A stretch of 16,720 bases of DNA, taken from assembly GCA_001904745.1 (NCBI GenBank), contig MRCD01000152.1, forward strand, positions 1-16,720, given 5' to 3'. The translations under genes were made by a program, and so were the position numbers. Positions within the stretch are counted from its first letter, which is position 1, and each line of letters starts with the position of its first letter. Under the pieces are notes generated by a model, which was not told where the DNA came from, searched no databases, and saw nothing but the letters and a program-made list of their open reading frames with translations. Origin of the DNA: Calothrix sp. HK-06 (GTDB lineage Bacteria; Cyanobacteriota; Cyanobacteriia; Cyanobacteriales; Nostocaceae). Of the stretch, positions 1 to 8,741 are shown piece after piece.

Positions 1-29
1 TACATCACTATACGCACGTTCATGACGCT

Positions 30-90
30 TGAAAAAACTTTGCGATTTACTGAATATAGTTTGTAGCGGTGCCTATGGATGGTGGGAAGA
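30..90 (+). promoter_or_regulatory. Candidate oriT / relaxase target region upstream of the MobV relaxase
   Basis: The non-coding sequence before the likely ATG at 99 contains ACTGAATATAGTTTGTAGC...CTATGG. It resembles the AAGTATAGTGTG/TTA...ACATGG arrangement of the pMV158-type MobV oriT and sits directly upstream of the relaxase gene. Confidence 0.3.
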
Positions 91-98
91 TGCTTGGT

Positions 99-1826
99 AT
101 GACTAACTTTGCAGTTTGCCGAATCCAAAAGATAAAAAGCTGGGCATCGCTAATTAACAGTGCGATGCACGTAGCACGCGCGCATGAAATCGAGAACGCT
201 GATTTATCAATAAAAAATGTTTCCTTAATTGATGGCGCCGACGGTAAGGACATCAAGGAAATGTTTTTAGAAAAAATCGGCACCCAGAAGATACGCTCGA
301 ATGCAGTGCTGGGCATCGAAATGCTCTTGACCGCTAGTCCCCAATACTTCCGACCTGATAATCCAGACCAAGCTGGATTCTATATCCAAGAACGAGTAGA
401 CAATTTTGCTGCTGCTTGTACCGATTGGTTACTGACTCGTTATTACGGTAAAGTTGTCCAAGCTACAATGCACTTGGATGAATCGACTCCACATATCCAC
501 GCTTATATAGTACCCCTGGATAACAGAGGAAAACTTAATGCGAAGGGATTATTCCACGGGCGCCATAAACTCTCAGAATTATTAGATAGTTTTGCCCGCG
601 CGGTTGAACACCTGGGTATCAAACGCGGAGTCAAAGGAAGCAAAGCCAAACACCTTGATATAAAAAAATATTACGCTGCTGTAAACTGCAAGTCACTCCA
701 CATTAATTTAGATGATGTACTGCCGATACCAAACGATAATCAATCGGCTTTTGCATACCGTGAGTTAATCAAAGAAATTCTCCAACCCCAACTGGATATT
801 CTGAATCATCAAATCAATGACCGTGATTTACAACTACGGGAGAAAAAACATATCGAGCAGACTGCACAAGCTAGCGAGCGCGAAAGACAAAAGTTAGAAT
901 CGCGTGTGCAAAACTTAGCCTGGACTTTAGAATTATGGCAAGCGCAAGCTAACTTGTTACGCGACTTACCTTTAGAAGAGGTCGCTTACCATTTGGGGCT
1001 GCATTTAAATAGTAAAGGAATTTGGGAGGGTAATGGTTCTTCATTACGAATAGTCGGCGCCAAGTTTTACGATTACAGCGGCGCGCAATATGGTAGTGGT
1101 GGCGCTATTGATTTGGCGATGCATTTATTGCAGTGTAACTTTCGGCAAGCTGTTGCTTGGTTACATGAAATTTTTGGAGAGTCTGATTGCTTGCGTGCAG
1201 TTACCCATCATGCTAGAGAACAAACCCAAGAAATTATCTCTACCGAACGAGTACCAGAATTTGTGGCGCCTGACAGTGACCAAAGTCGATGGCATGATGT
1301 TCGTAATTATTTAGTGGACACTCGTAAGTTACCTGGCAATTTTATAGATAATCTACATGCTGCTGGGTTGATATATAGTGACGCGCGTGCAAATGCTGTT
1401 TTTGTAATGCGGTCGATGGAAAATGAAGTTACGGGCGCCTTTTTACGTGGAACATATGGATTTAACAACACTTTCTATGGTTTAGCCAAGGGTAGTAAAC
1501 GCAGTAAAGGTTGGTTTCATTTTACTGCTGGTGGACAAGGTGAGGATAAGATAATACGCACGGTTCTTACAAAATCCCCAATTGAAGCGTTATCAATCGC
1601 AGTGCTAGACCATTCCCTACTGGAGAAAACTATATATATAGCTATTGACAGTCCTCGGTGTATGCCTGTTGAGTTCCTAAGTTACTTTAAAAATATTCTT
1701 GCTGCTTATGATAACAATGCTTCGGGGGAAGAAATAGCAGGCGCCCTCTTAAAAGTTTTACCGCAAACTACTCGACTTAAACCTTCATGCCAAGATTGGA
1801 ATCAACAGTTAATTTTGATGAGGTAA
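99..1826 (+). CDS. MobV/Pre-type relaxase fused to a DUF3991/Toprim-like C-terminal region (plasmid mobilisation)
   Basis: N-terminus MTNFAVCRIQKIKSW, central ELL/MLLTASPQYF and the relaxase metal-binding motif ATMHLDESTPHIHAYIVPLD, then LSAK-like and RGVKGSKAKH motifs. The C-terminal half has a CHC2/DUF3991-like segment (YGSGGAIDLAMHLLQCNFRQAVAWL) and Toprim-like motifs (TKSPIEALSI, AYDNNASG). The ORF track starts at GTG 69, but the ATG at 99 matches the usual MobV start. Confidence 0.88.
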   Translation: MTNFAVCRIQKIKSWASLINSAMHVARAHEIENADLSIKNVSLIDGADGKDIKEMFLEKIGTQKIRSNAVLGIEMLLTASPQYFRPDNPDQAGFYIQERVDNFAAACTDWLLTRYYGKVVQATMHLDESTPHIHAYIVPLDNRGKLNAKGLFHGRHKLSELLDSFARAVEHLGIKRGVKGSKAKHLDIKKYYAAVNCKSLHINLDDVLPIPNDNQSAFAYRELIKEILQPQLDILNHQINDRDLQLREKKHIEQTAQASERERQKLESRVQNLAWTLELWQAQANLLRDLPLEEVAYHLGLHLNSKGIWEGNGSSLRIVGAKFYDYSGAQYGSGGAIDLAMHLLQCNFRQAVAWLHEIFGESDCLRAVTHHAREQTQEIISTERVPEFVAPDSDQSRWHDVRNYLVDTRKLPGNFIDNLHAAGLIYSDARANAVFVMRSMENEVTGAFLRGTYGFNNTFYGLAKGSKRSKGWFHFTAGGQGEDKIIRTVLTKSPIEALSIAVLDHSLLEKTIYIAIDSPRCMPVEFLSYFKNILAAYDNNASGEEIAGALLKVLPQTTRLKPSCQDWNQQLILMR

Positions 1827-1834
1827 GTTATATG

Positions 1835-2072
1835 AAAGCAACAGAGTGAGAAAAAATATCCAAACATTGCTCGCTGGATAGACGAACATACTGGTTGGAT
1901 TGAGATTGGTTATAACGTTGATAGTCCTCTTAATTCTTATATCCGCGCGATTGACTGTGGTGGGATGTTTTGAGAGGGAAAGGAGAGTTACGAAACTGTA
2001 GAGGAAGCACTGCAAGATTTAAATGCTGGACTGGAAGATGTTTTAGAAGAAATTTACGGCACCGATAATTAA
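1835..2072 (+). pseudogene. Decayed small cyanobacterial hypothetical gene
   Basis: One frame reads KYPNIARWIDEHTGWIEIGYNVDSPLNSYIRAIDCGGMF*EGKESYETVEEALQDLNAGLEDVLEEIYGTDN*. A UGA at 1971-1973 interrupts continuous protein-like sequence, and the apparent ATG/RBS near 1831 lies in another frame. Confidence 0.55.
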
Positions 2073-2088
2073 TTTTATTGAGAGGAAT

Positions 2089-2465
2089 TTAATTTATATT
2101 GTGATTGAGCCGGGAGCATCCAAAAAGATTCCCAAATGGGCCTCGCATTTGACAAATTGCTTGCTGTTCCTCAATTACTAAAGGTTCTCTATATAATTTG
2201 GTGCCATGCTTTTTAGCATAATCTACAGCTTGCTCAAATTTCTCAACGCGCTCCTTTTGCTACTTGACCTGCATTTCCAGAACGCCTGCATTTCGTCCGT
2301 AAGATGGAAAAACATTTTAATCCCGTTGATGTCAATAGCTGCTCCTCGTACTTCGTTCTCTACGTAAAAGTATTTTACTGGTAAATCTAAAAGTTGACTG
2401 TACCATTGAGCAGCTGCAACAACATCATTAACAAAATAAAATATAGCTTGAACACTCTTAAACAT
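2089..2465 (-). pseudogene. Frameshifted VOC/glyoxalase-like protein
   Basis: ORF 2223-2465 encodes a typical VOC N-terminus (VQAIFYFVNDVVAAAQWYSQLLDLPV). The C-terminal half continues in other frames (SGNAGQVA..., then KFEQAVDYAKKHGTKLYREPLVIEEQQAICQMRGPFGNLFGCS). Confidence 0.65.
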
Positions 2466-2471
2466 ATTTAC

Positions 2472-3011
2472 TTATTCTATTTTTTGTAGTCGGTGCCTAA
2501 ATTCCAAATCTATAATATTTCTAGCTCCTATGAACAATACAATTTCACGCTCAGTTGGAGAAAGCCAAATTTGATATAACTGTTCATCATATTCTTCGGC
2601 TTCAAGTATTGTACCTACTTCCAAATATTTACTTCCAAAAAAATCAGAATTACCAAAATGGAACTCTCCTTCTATTTTTAGTTTTGCTTGCTTCAATCGT
2701 CCGCTCGTCTTGGCTTGGTAATAAGCTTGAGACAGTTCTTCTGAACTTGTAACCTTATAAACAAACTTCTCCATTAATGTATTACATTTTTCTTCTCCTA
2801 ACTTCATCATTAACTTTGATGGTGGTGGACTTTTATAATTTGCTATTTTCTCTTCGTTATCGCCCTTCGGGCAAACTACGTTAACAGCAATCTGAACTTT
2901 TAACTTTTGAATACAATACTTTACTGCTTCTTGTACACTGATATTATGAATCTCGGCTATTTGCTTAACATGAGCAATAAGCTCAAGCTTCCGAAAAGAA
3001 TTAGATTCCAT
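2472..3011 (-). CDS. Hypothetical protein
   Basis: 179-aa ORF with no recognised domain. It ends 7 nt before the start of the VOC pseudogene. Confidence 0.5.
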   Translation of the reverse strand: MESNSFRKLELIAHVKQIAEIHNISVQEAVKYCIQKLKVQIAVNVVCPKGDNEEKIANYKSPPPSKLMMKLGEEKCNTLMEKFVYKVTSSEELSQAYYQAKTSGRLKQAKLKIEGEFHFGNSDFFGSKYLEVGTILEAEEYDEQLYQIWLSPTEREIVLFIGARNIIDLEFRHRLQKIE

Positions 3012-3371
3012 ATTTATTGATGAATGTAAACGTCAACAAAGTATTACTATCCGCTCGCTCCAGGCACCGATTAATCCTAATTATTTTTAATTAAACTCTA
3101 AACTACAGATAAATCAAAATTTTCTCCTTTTTCCTCAACTGCATACTCTAAAACTAATCTTTTTATTTCCTTAAAGTATTTTAGGTATGTTTCTACACTT
3201 TGGAAGATATAAAAGGTGAGAAGGTTGAAGTATATAGAGACACTACTGGTATTCCACCCACAGATTATGCGCGTATCATTGGACAGCTGTTAGTAAAAGA
3301 TTACAACTTAATTTAGAACAATAAGAAAGCCTACAACTTCTTCATATTAAATTAACTTTACATACTTGGGA

Positions 3372-4028
3372 TTACTTGAGCAACCCCAATTCCATGCCAG
3401 CGATTAATTGTTGGGCAAGAGGATAAAATATTTCTGCACGTTGTTTAGTCTTAGAACTAAACCCACCATTATCAACAATTTCGCATTTAATTTCAGTTTG
3501 TCCCGGTGACTGCTGCTTTATTACAATCCTACCAAGTTTACCAAGTTCTTTGTGCGTAAACACGTAATAAAAAGTAGTACCTTCTTGTTCCTTGCGAAAG
3601 CTAACTCCCGTGGGCATCTTCATGGGGGTTAAGATGACATTGCTTATTCCTACCATATCCATTACACCGTTCGGCCGTGCGATAAATAGTTCTACTTTAG
3701 GTGGTACAACCATAACAACCACAGCTTCGTTGCTAGGGTCATATTGTTGAAGAACGCTTGCAACTTCACGCTTAAATTCGACGCTTGTCATCCACAAGGC
3801 AACTGAACTATCAGCTTGGGGCACATAAAGAAAATCTTTCCGTGGCGCCTGTAAACCCAAAATGATACCTCTATCCCATTCGCTGTATTGTGCAAGAGCT
3901 ACCTGTAACGCAACACTTCCAAACACTTGTAAAAATGGTCGGTTTGGGTCGGTATGGATTTGCACTATGCCATTTTCAATCAAATGCTTGACCGAAAAAC
4001 TAATTGGGTCATTATGTGAATCTTTCAC
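3372..4028 (-). CDS. Hypothetical protein
   Basis: 218-aa ORF with normal-looking globular composition. No recognised domain. Confidence 0.6.
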   Translation of the reverse strand: MKDSHNDPISFSVKHLIENGIVQIHTDPNRPFLQVFGSVALQVALAQYSEWDRGIILGLQAPRKDFLYVPQADSSVALWMTSVEFKREVASVLQQYDPSNEAVVVMVVPPKVELFIARPNGVMDMVGISNVILTPMKMPTGVSFRKEQEGTTFYYVFTHKELGKLGRIVIKQQSPGQTEIKCEIVDNGGFSSKTKQRAEIFYPLAQQLIAGMELGLLK

Positions 4029-4164
4029 GGATACACCTAGTTAACAAAGCTTCAATCATTGTACGGTAAGCGGCGCCAACTTTATGCTACAACCTGGCTC
4101 TCTATTAGCATCGGAACAAAAACCGGGTAATCGCAGTGTTACATGAATGTTACAGAAGTAACCA

Positions 4165-4196
4165 AGCGCTGTTCGCAGAGCGTGCCGTTAGGCATA
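4165..4196. repeat. Possible degenerate copy of a small dispersed cyanobacterial repeat
   Basis: The intergenic string AGCGCTGTTCGCAGAGCGTGCCGTTAGGCATA resembles the Nostocales repeats of the form ...GCGGAGCGTGCCGTAGGCAT. Only one copy was noticed in the window. Confidence 0.25.
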
Positions 4197-4344
4197 ACCC
4201 TTGATTTATAGCTCTTGAGATTGCTTAGTAATTTATAGAGTGAGCCACCACACCCCCAATCAAATCCTTATGCAATAAGACTTTTAAGCTTAACCCGGTA
4301 ATAGTTCCAATGATGCTTCTAAGCCTTCCCATGCGAATGTCGAA

Positions 4345-5298
4345 TCACCTATTAAGTGAGTTAACACAAGTATAAATTATTCTTTTAAATCCTTGTACTT
4401 TACGCTTAGGCATTGGCTTGTTAAATTCAGAGGTTAATATTGCTAATCCCTCATTCGATACCAAATAACTCGTATTATTGATTGGGCAATTTTGTGGTGT
4501 ACGTTTTTCAATCAACGCACTACAAATATGATGCCACGGAATGGCACCAAGTAAACTAGTACATATCACCATCAGCGAAGAAGGTAAGTCTACATAATTG
4601 CATAATATATCTTGTGATTTATGCAATATCCAGCAGTAAGACATTAGAGATATTAGTATATTTTCCTTACCAGGAGTAAATACATATTGTGAAGCAAGCT
4701 GGGCACTTGATGTCTGAATGTCAAGATATTGTTTGGTAATTTGACCAATTTGTTTTTTCAATTCATAATCAACTTCAATGTTGATAAAATCGTCGTTGTA
4801 CAAATTGTTTATTGCAATATCTACTAATCCAGTAATTATATCAGTTCGCTTGCGATGCTTCCTATAAATTTCAAATATTACTGTATCGAAACTAGCCTTT
4901 CTATCATTACATGTGATGGGGAGTAGTCTTGCTATATTGTACATCATTGGTTCGCGAAATGATAATTTCTGAGGGGTGTCTGATAAACCCACAAATGTAG
5001 GTTGAATCCCAAAATCCAATATTTCAAGAAATCGCTGCCTAAACAATGCCAATGATTGTTTGCGATTTGTGTGTTTTATTGATTTGTAAACGACGCTTTT
5101 TATGTTTGACCTATCAGGACAGTCGATGCTTACACCGGGAAAGTGGCGCCAGTAAGTTCGTTTATGCTCACCGCAAGCTAAACAAATTTCTCCGAAACAC
5201 GTGCCGCATACTGGTAGTTTATCGCAATACGTTTCATAATCGGCATCGGATGCCTTTATTATATCTCCGTCAGCTATACTGAATGCTGTTACACTCAT
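4345..5298 (-). CDS. Hypothetical protein with a cysteine-rich, CoiA-like N-terminus
   Basis: 317-aa ORF. The N-terminus DADYETYCDKLPVCGTCFGEICLACGEHKRTYWRHFPGVSIDC has the layout of the zinc-binding N-terminal region of CoiA-like proteins. The rest is unassigned. Confidence 0.45.
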   Translation of the reverse strand: MSVTAFSIADGDIIKASDADYETYCDKLPVCGTCFGEICLACGEHKRTYWRHFPGVSIDCPDRSNIKSVVYKSIKHTNRKQSLALFRQRFLEILDFGIQPTFVGLSDTPQKLSFREPMMYNIARLLPITCNDRKASFDTVIFEIYRKHRKRTDIITGLVDIAINNLYNDDFINIEVDYELKKQIGQITKQYLDIQTSSAQLASQYVFTPGKENILISLMSYCWILHKSQDILCNYVDLPSSLMVICTSLLGAIPWHHICSALIEKRTPQNCPINNTSYLVSNEGLAILTSEFNKPMPKRKVQGFKRIIYTCVNSLNR

Positions 5299-5419
5299 GT
5301 TCGCTCAATTAATAATTATTTAATTACGAACATGCGTGCATTTGCGATGATATTGATTATAAATAATTAAGCGCATGAAGAGGAATGTACATAGGTTGTA
5401 CACCTCTTTACTCTGTGAG

Positions 5420-5971
5420 TTAATTCAAGCAATAGTTATTAAACCAAGTTATAATTCTGTTTCGATAGGCACTAGGGCTTCTGAATGATTCAAACATTCC
5501 ATTTTTTGAATAATTTTGTATATATTCTTGCATTTGCTTTTGATGCTCAAGTAATATTTGTTCTAATTGCTCAGGAGTGATTTCTGCTTTTTGGCTGGGG
5601 TTAGCTTTTGGGTATTGTTCCCGTAGAAATTTCATTTCTGTGTTGAATTCTGTTACGTATAAATCGCATGAATATTGATTGAGTAAAAGGATGTGTGATG
5701 GCTCAGTATCATCGGAGCCAAAGTCGATATTGTAATCTGGTTTTAATTTTTGGTATGCTTTTGCTAATTCTATGCTCATACCATCATTTTTTAAAAGGGG
5801 ATAGTACACATCGTAGTAGCTGAAGGTTTTGCTCCATCCACCGTCGCTCCAAGTTGCATTTGTTGCCTGGTAAAATATCCCAATCCATTGTTTCGTTTCT
5901 TCTACCACATTTATTGCTTCTTTTAGAAATTCAGGAGCGGGAATTGAGAGTTTGTAACTATGTTCAAACAT
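5420..5971 (-). CDS. Hypothetical protein
   Basis: The ORF track gives 5420-6061. The internal ATG at 5971 (MFEHSYKLSIPAPEF...) avoids overlap with the upstream ORF ending at 6000 and is the more plausible start. Confidence 0.5.
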   Translation of the reverse strand: MFEHSYKLSIPAPEFLKEAINVVEETKQWIGIFYQATNATWSDGGWSKTFSYYDVYYPLLKNDGMSIELAKAYQKLKPDYNIDFGSDDTEPSHILLLNQYSCDLYVTEFNTEMKFLREQYPKANPSQKAEITPEQLEQILLEHQKQMQEYIQNYSKNGMFESFRSPSAYRNRIITWFNNYCLN

Positions 5972-5999
5972 AATGTTTTTCTTGATAGTTAATAGTTTT

Positions 6000-6692
6000 T
6001 CAATTTGTTGGCGGCATAGGTTCAACTTTATACCGTTGCCGCATGATTCTGAATAACGCAATTCTTACCTCATAGGGGTTGCGATGTGAGTGAAATGTGA
6101 AACACATCCCGTTATTTAATGCCTTTATTTCATCCGATGTTAGTGGTACATGTTCTGCATAATTTGATACTCCTTGCCTATGTGCTATTTCTACCTGTTT
6201 ATTGATGCCAGGTTTTGTTTGTAGCAATTTTAAACATTCAATGGGTATTATTTCTACCATCCAGCTACCATCCGAAGTACTGAACCAGGCGGCACCTATT
6301 TTACATCTACCAAAATTGACGTTGAGGTTGGTAGCGTGCGACTGGGCAATGTTGATGCTATCGTATTCGCCTAATGTTTTTTGATGCCACACAGTATTAA
6401 AAACTTCCCATTTCGTCGGGTTTATTGTACTTTGTCGTACCATGTAACGAGCAGGTGTAGGCGCCAATAGTTGTGTGTCAACCCAAGTGTAGTAATCTTC
6501 CCCTATATACACAGCATGAATAAATGCGCGATTTTTTGATTCGTTTTTATGCAGAATCTCTACTTCGTACCCGTGCGCGAGGGCGACTGGTGTACCATCA
6601 CAAACCCAGGTGTTAGAGTTATCTATGTCTCCATCATATTCGGGGTAAGCGATATTGAGTTTCAAAGTTACCCATACTTTACTTTCACGCAT
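6000..6692 (-). CDS. Hypothetical protein
   Basis: 230-aa ORF in an apparent minus-strand operon with its neighbours. Confidence 0.55.
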   Translation of the reverse strand: MRESKVWVTLKLNIAYPEYDGDIDNSNTWVCDGTPVALAHGYEVEILHKNESKNRAFIHAVYIGEDYYTWVDTQLLAPTPARYMVRQSTINPTKWEVFNTVWHQKTLGEYDSINIAQSHATNLNVNFGRCKIGAAWFSTSDGSWMVEIIPIECLKLLQTKPGINKQVEIAHRQGVSNYAEHVPLTSDEIKALNNGMCFTFHSHRNPYEVRIALFRIMRQRYKVEPMPPTN

Positions 6693-6967
6693 ATTTTTAT
6701 TAAAATTATTATTAATATAATTGTGTGAGCAATAACGATTTTATTAATATAAGTTATATTATATAAATCGATAGGGTCACATGCTATAACCGCAGCCAAT
6801 TCATTGATAAAATAAAATTCATGTTTACCTTCGTTATCCTCGATTACCAGCATATTGTCTACGTCGTAGTCGATTGAAGAATAACCATAAAGATAGATAA
6901 CTGGCGCCAGTTTAATATTTTTCAATAAGGGCGAAGGTTTGGGGACATTATGGTTAAAGCGCATCAT
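6668..6967 (-). CDS. Hypothetical protein
   Basis: 99-aa ORF overlapping the start of the downstream ORF by 25 nt. Confidence 0.45.
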   Translation of the reverse strand: MMRFNHNVPKPSPLLKNIKLAPVIYLYGYSSIDYDVDNMLVIEDNEGKHEFYFINELAAVIACDPIDLYNITYINKIVIAHTIILIIILIKICVKVKYG

Positions 6968-7168
6968 CTTAATTACGTGTATACTTATGACGTATTTTAT
7001 ACTATAATTGTTTGATTATGATTAGCCACGTTAGTAAAATAAGTACCAGTTAAATTAGGTTACATAACTAGCGCTTATTGAATTACGTGATGGTACTGTC
7101 AAATAATGTTTTTTGTTAGCAATTTATCAATTGCTACCATACCATTGGATTCTGCTATTTTTGGTACC

Positions 7169-8047
7169 TTAAGCATAACAATTGAAAATATTTGTTTGAA
7201 TTGTCAATTCGTCGATATTTTGAGCATAGGCGATTGAAATTGCAGGGTCACGACTATTTTGATATTTACTACCCTTACTACCGCTAAGTTGACCACTTGC
7301 TGAGTCAGCACTGAATAGCAACCCAATAATTAAATTATCATCAAGCTGCCTTTTTGATAGTCCATAGCCATGTAGTTTTATATCGGGTCGCTGCATTTTT
7401 ATTGAAGTCAGTATCGAAAAGACTTCACTGTTTGGGCGCCGTTTTAACCCCCCAACCCCGACCCAGGCATTTTGCTGAATAGTATCACCGTATTGTGAAA
7501 GATGACAATTGTAGTCTGCTGCTGTTTTACCTTGTAGTATAGGTATTACATACGGGAGGTCACGTTCATCAAACTCCTCACAAACTTGGTCGTAGATATC
7601 CAGTAATTCATAATCACATTCCTCGTCAGCATACTCCATGAAACTCGCATGAAGCTCCACCATTGCTTCAAGATGAATATCTTTCAGGTGCTTTTTGATC
7701 TTATGGTATCGATGTATTGTTAAACGTTGATGTGCAGGGACATCGAGTTTTGTGAAATCAATTACCTCATCGAAGCATGGGTAGTCCTGGGTAGAGGCGC
7801 CGACGAGAGAACCACCCACTAACTTACTATTCAGGGCCCATTTATATATAGTACTTGCATATTTTTTTGTGGATGGGTAGGGTTTACCATTGAGTAGTCG
7901 CGTAAATCCGCAATCTAGCAACCAATCTTTGACGGGAAAGGTGGATTTACGATGTTCAATGCGATTGTAGGAAATGCATACTCTTAAAAAATCGCGTGTG
8001 CCCGATTTACCGCAGTTTGGCTGATTCCAGCCAGGAAAAAACAGCAT
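7169..8047 (-). CDS. DpdA-like protein (TGT-superfamily, 7-deazaguanine DNA modification)
   Basis: MLFFPGWNQPN start; DWLLDCGFTRL near the expected nucleophile/TGT Asp position (DSGAF-like); STQDY; HQRLTIHRY; LPYVIPILQG; QYGDTIQQNAWVGVGGLKRR; MQRPDIKLHGYGLS; FSADS. Together these match the motif order of phage/mobile-element DpdA proteins. Confidence 0.7.
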   Translation of the reverse strand: MLFFPGWNQPNCGKSGTRDFLRVCISYNRIEHRKSTFPVKDWLLDCGFTRLLNGKPYPSTKKYASTIYKWALNSKLVGGSLVGASTQDYPCFDEVIDFTKLDVPAHQRLTIHRYHKIKKHLKDIHLEAMVELHASFMEYADEECDYELLDIYDQVCEEFDERDLPYVIPILQGKTAADYNCHLSQYGDTIQQNAWVGVGGLKRRPNSEVFSILTSIKMQRPDIKLHGYGLSKRQLDDNLIIGLLFSADSASGQLSGSKGSKYQNSRDPAISIAYAQNIDELTIQTNIFNCYA

Positions 8048-8741
8048 TATGTGTTTGGAGATAAGATTTAATGGCGTTTGCGATAAACTCTGCCAACTTC
8101 ACGGGTACGGCATTACCAATCATTTCTTCTAAATTAGTGTTTGTTTCATTACTGAAATCAAAGTTTGACGGGAATGTTTGAATCGCCGCACGTTCAAACG
8201 TAGTCAGTGGTCGTAGTTTTGAATTAATAGGCGCCGTATCACTTGGATGACCCTTATAACCCGGTGGTATCGGTCGATTCGTTCCCCGAATTGTGGGCGA
8301 TGGTTCCGAAATACTGAATACTGCTCGCCTTTTATAACTGCGTGCGTGTCTATAATAATGTTCGATGTTGAGACTATCGCCAAAATAATCACGCACCGTC
8401 ATTGGTTTGAATGACAATCCTGCGTTTAAATAGGGTAGTAACTCATGGTCGGCACCATTGAGTACACCCACACAGATGTAACGTTGCCTGTTTTGGGGTA
8501 CTCCACAATATGCGGCATTGAATACTTTTTCAGTTAATCCATATTTATTACGTTTTAATATTTCGATAACTTGTTTATATTTTTTGCTTTTTTGATAGCG
8601 TTCAACATTTTCCATTACGAATATTGATGGTTGAATGTATTCAATTAATTCAGCAAACCTGATACTCAAATCTCCGCGACCACTATCTTCATTACGGGAG
8701 CCAGCAGAGCTAAAATCTTGGCAAGGTGAATTATGTTTATT
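8007..8741 (-). pseudogene. 5'-truncated C5 cytosine-specific DNA methyltransferase
   Basis: The ORF track starts at an internal TTG (8669), but the open frame runs upstream to 8741 and encodes NKHNSPCQDFSSAGSRNEDSGRGDLSIRF (catalytic PCQ motif), preceded by an in-frame TAG at 8742-8744. Motifs ENVE, QNRQR and GNAVPVKLA are present. The SAM-binding motif I (DLFAGCGG) is absent. Confidence 0.75.

Noticed and set aside
47-316. Minus-strand ORF (89 aa) opposite the relaxase N-terminus
   Set aside because: Antisense to well-supported relaxase coding sequence, with low-quality composition; considered spurious.
1090-1314. Plus-strand ORF (74 aa) within the relaxase gene
   Set aside because: Out-of-frame overlap with the DUF3991/Toprim part of the relaxase; no independent support.
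1809-2015. Minus-strand ORF (68 aa)
   Set aside because: Antisense to the small decayed gene and the relaxase end; no recognisable features.
2555-2752. Plus-strand ORF (65 aa)
   Set aside because: Antisense to the longer, more plausible minus-strand ORF 2472-3011.
3862-4044. Plus-strand ORF (60 aa)
   Set aside because: Antisense to ORF 3372-4028; no support.
5046-5282. Plus-strand ORF (78 aa)
   Set aside because: Antisense to the cysteine-rich CoiA-like N-terminus, whose pattern is far more protein-like.
6202-6384. Plus-strand ORF (60 aa)
   Set aside because: Antisense to ORF 6000-6692; no support.
8204-8392. Plus-strand ORF (62 aa)
   Set aside because: Antisense to recognisable C5-MTase sequence.
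7169-8669. Reading the DpdA-like ORF as the restriction endonuclease partner of the adjacent methyltransferase
   Set aside because: Its motifs (FFPGWNQP, HQRLTIHRY, VIPILQG, LHGYGL) match the TGT/DpdA family rather than a PD-(D/E)XK, HNH or GIY-YIG nuclease.
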